Assembly (NCBI RefSeq): GCF_001194135.2
Contig: NC_068981.1
Span: forward strand, 92,269,946-92,333,945
DNA: 64,000 bases
DNA from: Octopus bimaculoides
Taxonomy: Eukaryota
Reading direction: 5' to 3'
Under the pieces are notes generated by a model. The model saw only the letters and a program-made list of their open reading frames with translations, had not been told where the DNA came from and ran no database searches. The number at the start of each line of letters is the position of its first letter. Positions within the stretch are counted from its first letter, which is position 1. This document shows, one piece after another, positions 26,263-37,024 of the stretch. The position numbers and the translations under genes were made by a program.

Positions 26263-27538
26263 TATATGTAAAAATATAAAAACAAAAAGATAAAGAGAGC
26301 AAAGGTAAGGTTGGAGAAGTATTTTATGGATAGAGTCTTACAGCTGTTTCTGGGAAGATCCAGTCCTTCCCTTCATCATTCCAGTGGTAAATATCCGTGT
26401 AGAAATCCGTGCAAAGTAATTCTTGTGTGGATAATCCGGAAATTTATGTTGGAGCGAAAGTTGATATAGCATAGATAGCAGAGGTACATATATTCCATAT
26501 TGCGATGGATTTTTGCTTGTTTACTTGAAGAATGGCCAAGTCAAGTGAAAAGTGAGCGGTAATTAGGTCAAGTCATGAAGACAGAATGTGAAAGGGGATA
26601 GAGGAGAGACTGAGGCTGAGGATGGTAGCGATATATTTATGGTCAGTTGAAGGAGGAATAGGGGGGTGAAGTTAAAAGGTCTAGTGAGTAGGAAGGAATG
26701 CGTGTGTGTAGTATACAGGTGGTGGGGGTATGAGTGATAAACCAAGGACAGAGATAAAGGGAAAGGATGGGTGGGAAAGGTAGTTAGTAGTATCATATTT
26801 TATGATGCTGCCAAACCTATTTATAGACGGTGGAAAGGGATTGAAAGAAGTGACGTAGTCTGTATGCGTAGGTGGAGTTCTTGTGAATTTGAGAATAGAA
26901 GAAATAGATTTGGTGGTATATGTGTGGTGAGATGATCGAAAGGAAATAATCCTATTCAAAAGATGGTGAAAGATGGATGTTTTTGCCAGGTTGAATAGGC
27001 TGCCTGTGGGGGGTTGTGTGATTATGTTGCGTGATCGTCTGTTCAATTTTGTTTGTGATAGAACCTCAATGTGTGAAAAGAGCGGTGGTTGCAGTTGCTA
27101 AACGCTTCGTTGTATCGATTAAGTAGAGTGGGAGAATTGTATTTTAAAATATGGAACGCCTCCGTTAGGCAAAGCTTGCAATTGGAGCAATATATGTACC
27201 TCTGCTATCTATGCTATATCAACTTTCGCTCCAACATAAATTTCCGGATTATCCACACAAGGATTACTTTGCACGGATTTCTACACGGATATTTACCACT
27301 GGAATGAAACTACACTTCAAATACTGTTCTCTCTTTTTTCAGCACATCACACTCTTTACCATTTCATACTAAAAATATCCGCGTATGGATATAATAATAG
27401 ATTACTTTATTTTTTCTGTCTCCGATCAAGGGAAGTACTGGATCTGCCCAGAAACAGTTGTAAGATTCTATCCATAAAATACTTCTCCAGCCTTACCTTT
27501 GCTCTCTTTATCTTTTTGTTTTTATATTTTTACATATA
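26263..27538 (-). mobile_element. Penelope-like element 3' end with inverted pseudo-LTR (arms 26263-26494 and 27189-27538), each arm with a decayed hammerhead
   Basis: Arms are near-identical reverse complements apart from about 125 bp missing in the left arm; minus-strand CSNCKLCLTEAFHILKYNSPTLLNRYNEAFSNCNH resembles the PLE C-terminal C..C..E...LLN.R.E motif. Confidence 0.8.
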
Positions 27539-27675
27539 CACACGCTAATACACGACTTATAATACCCAATCCTGTTCATTCAACGACTGGGGCAAACTAG
27601 TCGGTATACAGCACTTACTCGGTATTACCTATATCCTCCTGGGTTTGATTAAATCCAATACCCTCCTCAACCTTA

Positions 27676-27761
27676 TATATATATATATATAGATATATAT
27701 ATATATATATATAATACATATATATATATATACATACACATATATATATATATATATACAT

Positions 27762-27847
<86 letters not shown>
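27676..27847. repeat. (TA)n/(TG)n compound microsatellite
   Basis: direct reading. Confidence 0.95.
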
Positions 27848-27850
<3 letters not shown>

Positions 27851-27859
27851 AAGTCACTT

Positions 27860-28740
27860 GCGAGATATTTCATGAGTACTACTTGTAACTGTTGCATGGT
27901 CGTGTTGTCGGCGACTTAATCGGCACCTAGCAGGATTAAAGCCAAGACCTGTGAAAAGAATACAAGAAGCAAGTAAATCCTCCACGACGATCTAGTAATA
28001 GCAGTGTTATCAGGAATTCCGGATTGGTGCTTGACGTTCTGGTAGACCACAGAGGGCGAGACACTCCTCAGCTTTTGCTATATGATGCGTCAAGAAAAAT
28101 ATCACTCCGATATCTATCCGGATATGGAGACAATGGCATTGGGGATTTTAGGGATCTTTACTACAAATTGAGATCATGGTACTCCCGTATATCTGAATCT
28201 GCAATCCGTGTTGACACTGGATATCTTTCCGTGGATTATCTCTGAAACACACCGATAGCGTAGAGAAGGTCTGTGATGTGTTTTGCAAGCCTCATTTAAC
28301 GTAAAATATTAGTTTGCAGGATTGCCAGTGAGGTGACTTCTCAATAACCAATCGGGTCGGAGGGTGGCACGACTTGGATGGAAGCTGTAGGCGCGGGAAT
28401 AGGTGAAGTCGACCGTAGGTATAATAAACTTGTGCGTGGATATAGATGATATTTCTACATAGGCCTCGTCCGTAGTGATGTTCCACGGTCACGAGTAGAG
28501 GGTTATCTTGTATGTATATATGTGTATTATTTTCAGCAATTGTCAGTTGATATCTATCCTCCGGAATGAACATGTTTATCATACTTATTTTTTATGTATT
28601 GAAGAAACATAGCTCCTTCAAGTGTGCCGAAACATAAATTAGTTTGATATCAGTATCTAAACTTAGCAAATAGGGACGAGGAGCGTAGGTGATCTCGACA
28701 GTTGCTGGAGCAGGCCACCGTTGTAGAAGTCAAACTCAGT
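27860..28740 (-). mobile_element. decayed Penelope-like RT C-terminal fragment
   Basis: remnants LTIAENN..; TRDRGTSLRTRP; ..HPPT.. Confidence 0.5.
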
Positions 28741-29371
28741 ACATATGAAAACTGATTTTCGTTCTCGGCATTAGAAATTACCATCAAAAAACTTAAATCA
28801 CCATTGTATTCTCGATTAGTAAGTCAAATTATTTCTACACACTTGGAATACTATGAAAAAATATTTCAAACGTTTCTGAATAGCGTACGTTGTATTGAAA
28901 CGATGAATTTTTTTCATTACGAAATTTTTCGTTATTCTTTCATTATGAGGTTTTTTTCACGCTGACTACTTGATACATTCTTATAAAGAATTTATCCTAT
29001 ATTATATTATATTATATATATATATATATATATATNNNNNNNNNNNNNNNNNNNNNNNNNNNNNNNNNNNNNNNNNNNNNNNNNNNNNNNNNNNNNNNNN
29101 NNNNNNNNNNNNNNNNNNNNNNNNNNNNNNNNNNNNNNNNNNNNNNNNNNNNNNNNNNNNNNNNNNNNNNNNNNNNNNNNNNNNNNNNNNNNNNNNNNNN
29201 NNNNNNNNNNNNNNNNNNNNNNNNNNNNNNNNNNNATATATATACATATATACACATATATACACACCCATACACGCACATACACACATATATATATACA
29301 AATATACATATATACATACACACACGCACACACACACGCACACACACGCACACACACACGCACACACACAG

Positions 29372-29407
<36 letters not shown>

Positions 29408-29499
29408 GAATTAACTACAGAGATATTTTATGTACCTAGTAGTCATTGTGATTCTAAATTGTGAAGGTCAACAACCTTCAGAAACCAAATGTTCAATAT

Positions 29500-30205
29500 T
29501 TCTAGAGTGCTTACATGTTAACCCTTGGTCAATCAGAGAAAATGTATGTCACTAATTACCAATCTAACAGAAGAAAGAAATACGAAAGAGTGGAGATGGG
29601 TCTCCTAGACCTAGCTACTCCCAAGTTACACTCGGCAACCCCTTTAAAAACAGAAGTGGTAATTCTACCCATATACCTTGGGAGAGGCGCTTTCAGGGTT
29701 ATTGTAGAAGATACACCACCAGAGATTGAGGTAGCATGGCAGGTAGCTGCCATACTACTAGGCAATGAAGGTAAGATAGTGGTCATCCAGGTCACAAGAA
29801 CAGATCATAAGAATTGGCAAGGACACACCCAGGATATGATTATCCAAGTGTCTCCGGAAGATATCGAAAATATAGTAGAAACTATCGCTATAGAAGACGT
29901 GATAATCAGGGTTAGAGTGGAGGGCAGGACCCCGTGTTACTATTAGTGTCGTCAAGAAGGTCACATTAGAGCAGACTGTCCTCCACCGCCCCAAAACAAT
30001 CCAAGAAAGACTCGTGTGCAGGGAGGGAATCGCACCACCAGCACCAACAAGAGAAGACTGAAGTACTATGGAAGAAGCAAACAAAGAAGGGACTGAGTGG
30101 AAAACGGTCGGAAAGAGAAAATGAAAAAGGAGCAAAAAGTACAACCTTTGAATGTAGACCCCCCATTCCGAGGCCACCCCACACCCCCTCATACCCACTA
30201 TGCCC
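29500..30205 (+). mobile_element. ORF1 (gag-like) fragment of the Tx1-type family, with a stop in the zinc knuckle
   Basis: EVVILPIYLGRGAFRVIVEDTPPEI..VEGRTPCYY*CRQEGHIRADC is homologous to the ORF1 at 16250-16600. Confidence 0.8.
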
Positions 30206-30305
30206 NNNNNNNNNNNNNNNNNNNNNNNNNNNNNNNNNNNNNNNNNNNNNNNNNNNNNNNNNNNNNNNNNNNNNNNNNNNNNNNNNNNNNNNNNNNNNNN
30301 NNNNN

Positions 30306-30336
<31 letters not shown>

Positions 30337-30429
30337 TATAAATACATATATAAATTTATTTACATATATATACATTAATATATAAATAAATATATATATA
30401 TGTTCACGTCTTTCTCGTCTTTACTTCAT

Positions 30430-31560
30430 TTACTTTCTCGTCTTTACTTCGTCTTTACTACATATATAAATTTATCCGATTCCATGCCCTTATTATACTA
30501 CTTTAAATAACTGTAGCAAGACTGATAAGGAGAGGGTAGAGGAATCATCAAACATCTTTCCATTGAAATCCCCAACACCAATGAAAGAAGAAAAATGAAG
30601 TAAAGACGAGAAAGACGTGAACATTTTACCTGCAACATAAGTTTTGGGATGGGAAAGACCGTACAAACTGCCCGTTTGCTCACCCGAGACCTCGCCAAAA
30701 CTGCAGGTGTCTTAAGGGTCAATTCGTCTTAGAGGAGAGGCAATTATCGTTTCAAAGAAAAAGTGTGCATGAATCAGTGCGCTCTTCAGATGTTATAGGT
30801 AAGGCAGCGACTGTGCAAGTGTCTTTTCTGAACATGGTACAAAAGATGGTGCAGTAGCTGATCTAGCTACATCAAGGGCAAACACGGACCCTTAACTTTC
30901 TACTGAGCAAGATCACAACAATCAACGACACAGTCGTCCCGCCAATATTTTTGCTGAATTTTGGAAGCCTGTTCCATCACATCAAAAGCAAAATGTTTTC
31001 TCCGAGAGACCTTACTGCATGCAATCAAACCTTAATGCATAGAATTCATGGAAGAATACCGTAGGCCTGATATATGGGATGCGGGAGAACACGTACCAAA
31101 ATATAGCATACTGCGAACGAACAGAAAAGAAAGTAGCCATAGTGGAGTTGCTGTATACCTCCGTGAGGATCTCTCGCTCCAGGTCCTACTGTCATACTCA
31201 AATTCAGTATATGATACTCAAGATATATACATAAATCAGCACATAGTTATAAGTAGTACATATCGCCCACCGGATGCTCCAAACCATGCGGTTAAGTTTG
31301 AAGATTACTTCACAGGAATAAAAGAAACCTCCATGAAACTGGAACATCACGTGGATGTGTTTCTTATGGGTGATTTCAACTTCCCCAGTGTCAAATGCCC
31401 CGAGGGCCTCATACTCTGAGGAATGACTCATTGCAAACAAGTACTGATGGCGTCCCTGCTCACCCTCACTTATGCCCTATTCATGGAGTAAATGGTGCTT
31501 CGACCAACCAGAACGAATAACATATTGGATCTCTGCGTTACAAACAATAACAGGTTTGTA
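30430..31560 (+). mobile_element. CR1/Jockey-type LINE 5' fragment: ORF1 remnant plus APE endonuclease
   Basis: RTNR..HSGVAVY..TYRPP..MGDFNFP (31048-31419); PTRTNNILDLCVTNN; CPFAHP remnant near 30670. Confidence 0.8.
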
Positions 31561-32250
31561 ATTGGATGCTATTTGTGTGGGGTGAACTTAAATTTAGATT
31601 TATGAAAGAATTTATAAGTGCGGAAGAATTTGTGCTTACACGGGTGAAGACCTCGTTGTATTTATTAAGCAATTGGGGTGAGTTGTGGGTTAAAATTTTA
31701 GGGCTTATACAAACCCCTATCATCTTTAACACATACCCCTCTTTACCTCTTCTATCTATCCTATATCTCTATATCTCTTACTTATTCCTTATATATTAAA
31801 TCTCTTCAATCTACCTTACCTCATAACTTTATGAGATTATTAATTCTTTAATTTATCCTAAATTTATTTTAAACCATAATCCAATAAATCCCCTAATATA
31901 AATCCCCTAATGTCTAAATCTGACTCCCACTCATAAATAATTTAACATTCAAATAGCTCCTCCATTCTCGGTTACCTACACACCCATAACTTGTTAGTTA
32001 AAAATAATTCTACAGTCACTGACCTTAGCCAAAACGGTCAAAAATATTTACTACTAGGTCTCCTCCCCAACACCTGTAGACTTTAAGACTACCACAAACA
32101 CATACTGCCCTCTTAAAATTTCTTTCATTTCGCTCTATCTTTTTTACCCTATCTTCCTCTAACTCCTCATCCTCTCTCTTATCTTCTCGGGTAACCCGTA
32201 CACAATTCTGATACACCTTAATTTTTCCTAAAGTCAGTCCTTAAATTCCC
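31560..32250 (-). mobile_element. Penelope-like 3' fragment
   Basis: KILTHNSPQLLNKYNEVFT parallels ILKYNSPTLLNRYNEAFS at 27100-27188; NFKRAVCVCGS remnant. Confidence 0.65.
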
Positions 32251-32593
32251 TCCCCACCTCACTCTATCTATCTCTCTATTTATTTTCTATACTTTCCTTT
32301 TACCACTTACAAGCCACCACCGCTACCATTCTGCTATTGCACGTCGATATTTTCGCGTCTTTTTCCTTTGGATGTTTACTATATCAGGATTTTAACCTGC
32401 ATGGATCTACACAGAATTGCAACTAAGGACTTCTGCTCTTGTTTCTACAACAACGGTAAGTTGAACTATGAACTTTATGCGCCTTTTTCTCTTTTTTTCT
32501 TTTTTCTCTCCATCTCCTTATTCTTTTACTCCCTCTCTCTGTCGTCATCTCATTAATATATACCATTCTCATTTTCCCTATTTTTCCTTATTT

Positions 32594-32649
32594 GTCTCTG
32601 ATGACGGAATATCCCATACTCAGGGATATCCTATAAACAGCTGCAAGAC
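32594..32649 (+). ncRNA. decayed type-I hammerhead ribozyme
   Basis: gtct CTGATGA cggaATATCCC-atactca-GGGATAT.. tAAAC AGCT GcA agac; G12 and U16.1 mutated. Confidence 0.6.
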
Positions 32650-32730
32650 TTTGAATTTTTCCAATAATAATATGGTATACGACTTGAGATGTTTGCCTTG
32701 ACTTAATGCCTGTTGTCCTCTTTAACAGTT

Positions 32731-32855
32731 ATATATGTATGTATATATATATATGTATACACACATACATATATATACGCATACATATATATATGTATAC
32801 ACACATATATAGATACATATATATATACAAACACATACACATACACACACACACT

Positions 32856-32938
<83 letters not shown>

Positions 32939-32980
32939 GCATACATACCCATACATACATATATACATGCATACATATAT
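32731..32980. repeat. compound (TA)/(CA) microsatellite
   Basis: direct reading. Confidence 0.95.
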
Positions 32981-33120
32981 CAGTTTGACCAAGGTCTTAA
33001 GGCTTTTTTAAAAAAGAAAATACTGAAGAAATTTTCTATGGCTCTAGTCCACTTAGCAGGCAGTTTAGATATTCAATCGACATATATGTAAGAGTAGTTG
33101 TATGTTTGTGTGTGCACATC

Positions 33121-33390
33121 TTATTCAGCACAGCATCTTAACCACTTCTGATCCTTTGTTACATCTTTCACAAGGCTCAACTTGTTCACCACTTCTGACT
33201 CTGGCTTCCTTAGCCTTCCTTTCCCTCCGGTTCCTTCCATTTGAATCACATGGCACTTCTTTACCAAACTGACATCTTCTATATACATCTCCAATCTCTG
33301 CAAGCTCAATCTTCTCTCTTACCATACCACACCTAATTCTAGTTATATCAAATTCTCTCTCTCAGCTCATTTGTGCTCCTTCATTCATGC
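33121..33390 (-). mobile_element. RTE LINE 3' fragment
   Basis: VKKCHVIQMEGTGGKGRLRK resembles RTE 'VEG.R.RGRP.K'. Confidence 0.75.
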
Positions 33391-33476
33391 ACTCTAGCAT
33401 TATACACCTATATTATAATTTATCAAGAATAATGAAATTTGGAAGTGGTGGTGGTTTGTCACACACTGCATATATG

Positions 33477-33526
<50 letters not shown>

Positions 33527-33728
33527 NNNNNNNNNNNNNNNNNNNNNNNNNNNNNNNNNNNNNNNNNNNNNNNNNNNNATCCATGTGTGTGTATGTATAT
33601 GTGTGTATGTATATGTGTGTGTGTGCGTATATATATATAGACGTTTTTAAAATCATAATTTGGGCTCCTGTAGAGATTATATTTAGATCTATGAAAAATA
33701 ACTTTGAAAACTATTTGAAAAACCAGCT

Positions 33729-34330
33729 CTAGTTCCATTGTTTTGCTTGTGTAAGGATGCAGTAATATAAGTCGGTTTCAATATCATTTAAATCGTAAAA
33801 TGATATTCTTTTTGAACAGTTCTGCAGAGAGAAAAACAAATCATAGTCACATGGTGCAATGTCAGGTGAGTATGTTGGATGAGACAAGAGATTCCACCCA
33901 CGTTCAGGCAACTTTCTGCAGGTAACCAAATACACATACGGTTAGGCATTGTCCTGGTGTAGCACAACTCATGCTGGAGAGCGCAGGCCTCAATTCGTTT
34001 ATTTTCCTATTCATATTTGCTAGCTGATGGCAGTACTCATAAGTATTGACGTTATGATTCTGTGGGAGAAGCTCAATAAATAATACCTTTAAAATACCAC
34101 CCGACACAAATGATGAGTATTTTTTTTTTATATTCTACTTTAGAAGCTATTTTGTAGTATTCTCACGGCTACCGCCGAATCTTTTTCTCGCTATATTACG
34201 GTAAGCATTTCACTTTTCATCTTCAAGTACCAGTTGTTTCAAATAAATCTTATTTTCATTGTGTTTCAGAAGCATATCTCAGATAGAATACCAGTCCATG
34301 CAGTTTTGTACTGACAGTTTGTGAGGCACC
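33729..34330 (-). mobile_element. mariner transposase remnant
   Basis: WNLLSHPTYSPDIAPCDYDLFFSLQN (YSPDLAPSD motif); ELLPQNHNVNTYEYCHQL; DMLLKHNE..DEK. Confidence 0.88.
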
Positions 34331-34471
34331 CAAATGCCATAACGGGAAACATACCCAATGTTCACAAAGTGTCCGTGAACATTACTTTTGGAAAAATTCT
34401 AAATTCTCTGCAAGTTCTCTGGTGTGTTAACCGAGTTTTCTTCAATGCTTACATTCAAATATCGTCATCTA

Positions 34472-34472
<1 letters not shown>

Positions 34473-34550
<78 letters not shown>

Positions 34551-34562
34551 CACACATGTATG

Positions 34563-34594
<32 letters not shown>

Positions 34595-34626
34595 CAGAGA
34601 TAGAGAGAGAAAGAGAAAGAGAGAGT
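34473..34626. repeat. (TA)n/(GA)n microsatellite
   Basis: direct reading. Confidence 0.95.
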
Positions 34627-35025
34627 GATAAAATAACAAAGTCTGCTTTAAGCAATGTAAAACTAAATAGGAAATATTCAATTGTCACTAATTGTGACTG
34701 ACGTTGCAGGGGAGCACCTACATTGTTAGAATTAAAAATCGAAAGCATTTCCTGCCTGAAAGAAGCACATGTCAATGCAGTGATAGGAGAGATAAGCATC
34801 CCACAGCGAGCGAGATCATTGTACTAGTCTAGTTTCGGTTTGTAGCAAAAGCTCATTAGTGATGACTACTCCGTTGCTGTATAATTAGGCGAAATGCTAA
34901 CAGTCACTATATAGTATTTACCATATGAATAAGTGTATTATATATATATGGGAGAATTTACGAAAAAAACAACAGACGAAGACAGGTGGTGTAAACAATT
35001 TAACGCTCGATATATATACATACAT

Positions 35026-35062
<37 letters not shown>

Positions 35063-36134
35063 AACAAAGAGTACACTAAATGAGATGAGTACGTTTTCCT
35101 TTATAGTCGATGACTTCGCCATAATAAGCATATCCATCACATCCAGCATTCGTTTATGTACGAAAGAATCAATCCTGATAATACTGTTTCAGTCTTCACA
35201 AAGTTTGGATTAGCTGATATCCTTAAACTGTTTGCTGTATTAGGCTTCATCTTTGCTTTTAGATCTTAAGCAATGAGGGACTCCTCATCTACTGTTTGAG
35301 AAGACAATCCAATTCATAATATATCGCACATATATCCATATATTTTAGGTAAGTATGTGTGTGGCGTGAACGTACTTATCCAACTCTATTTCTCGTCGTC
35401 TTATATATGGATATTCTTCTGAGAAGCAATGGGTTATTTCCCCGTTGTTTATCACATGTTGTTTGGCATAATATAGAATTTTACGCTGGTCTCATCTAAA
35501 CAACTACATCATTCAGATTAGGGCATACAGGTGTTTAGATAGGTAACGCGTGTATCGTTTGAAAATGCTTAACTATGTCAATATATACGATCGGCACTGA
35601 AGTTCATTAACTTACAGCTTTTGTAAAGCTTATTACCAAATAAGCTATATGAATTTGCTAATGGTATTTGAAGTGTGACTAAACCCATTAATTCTTTAGT
35701 AAAGGGAAATATAATGCATTTTGATGTACCTTAACCTTCTTTCTTTTAACAGGCATAATATTTATATGCTTAGAACTTTATTTCCGAAATAAATTTTTTC
35801 TCATAAAGGAAATGAAATAATTTAAACTAGGAGTCGAAACCGTGACAAATATGCCGTTTAATTTGTACATAAATGTATCGCTCCTGAGTCGTTACATATT
35901 GTCAACGTGTATTAGTTTTTGTGTTACTAGAATTGTTATTGGACAATTCTATTATTTCATATTTATTTCACATTTTGACAAACGATCAATTATATTATTT
36001 CATATACAAATATTTCGAATGTTCAATTATTTAAATTGGAAAATTTATATAATCATGCATCTGTCTATTAAATAGCGTATAGAAATTGATTTATGGTTCG
36101 AAGGAAAAGGTTTCCCCCCAACATATTTCACGCT

Positions 36135-36938
36135 ATGAGTATATTTGCTTTCGTCCTTTTCGTTCAGTATTTACTTGTGGGGTGTAACTTTTTGAAAATA
36201 TTTCCAGAACTAAATACCTCCAAAATAGGTGTTTATGGGAGACAACTTAAAATACTTTCCTCGGGGAAAAATCAATCGACAGTTGGAGACTTAAATTATA
36301 GAGGACCTCAGCATCGCGATGTTCATATTAATCTGAAGCAGAATTGCTTGAAGAGATGCATGTTTGCCGATTTAAGACACACACATTTGACATGTATTTC
36401 TAAAAGATGTATCCTCTGCATACTGGTTAGCAGTACGCCAGCGTATACTTCCTTTGTCACTCCACAGAAATTAAAAAAGGGGACTCCCGTAAATAATTCT
36501 AACCATCGATATAAAAGTAATCAGAATTCACTACGAAGATTCGAGCAGAAATTTGCTATGGCAAAATATGTAGCGGAATATAAATTGAAACGAGAGACCA
36601 AGATTTTAAAGCGATCAGTCCTGAATACACAGATGGTGAAAAATTATCCAGTTATTGAATACGTTTCTGCGAATGCTCCCTTAATGCGTATGCAGACAAC
36701 TTTAACATCGGGAAATGAAAGCACTGCAACAACTAGAGATTATCCAATATCTTCCAGGGTTGCTCCATCATCTAAACCTCCCGACCTCCCAGCTACCATT
36801 GCGGTATCTATAGGACTGTTCGTATTTGGTGCTTGTATTGTGTGCTTGTATATTTGTATTAAATATAGAGGGAATCCTGATGAACAACGCACAGATGATA
36901 TTCAGCTAGTCCGTCTGAATAGTCTTCCAAATGACTGA
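36135..36938 (+). CDS. Novel 267-aa type-I membrane protein (paralogue 2; 281 aa if ATG 36093 is used) with an extra Cys-rich/basic segment before KR|SVLN
   Basis: MSIFAFVLFVQYLLVG; CLKRC..C..RCILC; KLKRETKILKRSVLNTQMVKNYPVIEYVSAN; TM LPATIAVSIGLFVFGACIVCLYICI then KYR; intact 804-bp ORF in AT-rich DNA; homologous to 11592-12077. Confidence 0.88.
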   Translation: MSIFAFVLFVQYLLVGCNFLKIFPELNTSKIGVYGRQLKILSSGKNQSTVGDLNYRGPQHRDVHINLKQNCLKRCMFADLRHTHLTCISKRCILCILVSSTPAYTSFVTPQKLKKGTPVNNSNHRYKSNQNSLRRFEQKFAMAKYVAEYKLKRETKILKRSVLNTQMVKNYPVIEYVSANAPLMRMQTTLTSGNESTATTRDYPISSRVAPSSKPPDLPATIAVSIGLFVFGACIVCLYICIKYRGNPDEQRTDDIQLVRLNSLPND

Positions 36939-36964
36939 AAGTTTTTTACCTCCCTGACATTCTT

Positions 36965-36984
36965 TCTCTCTCTCTCTCTCTCTG

Positions 36985-37024
<40 letters not shown>
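36965..37024. repeat. (CT)(TA)(TG) microsatellite in the presumed 3'UTR
   Basis: direct reading. Confidence 0.9.
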
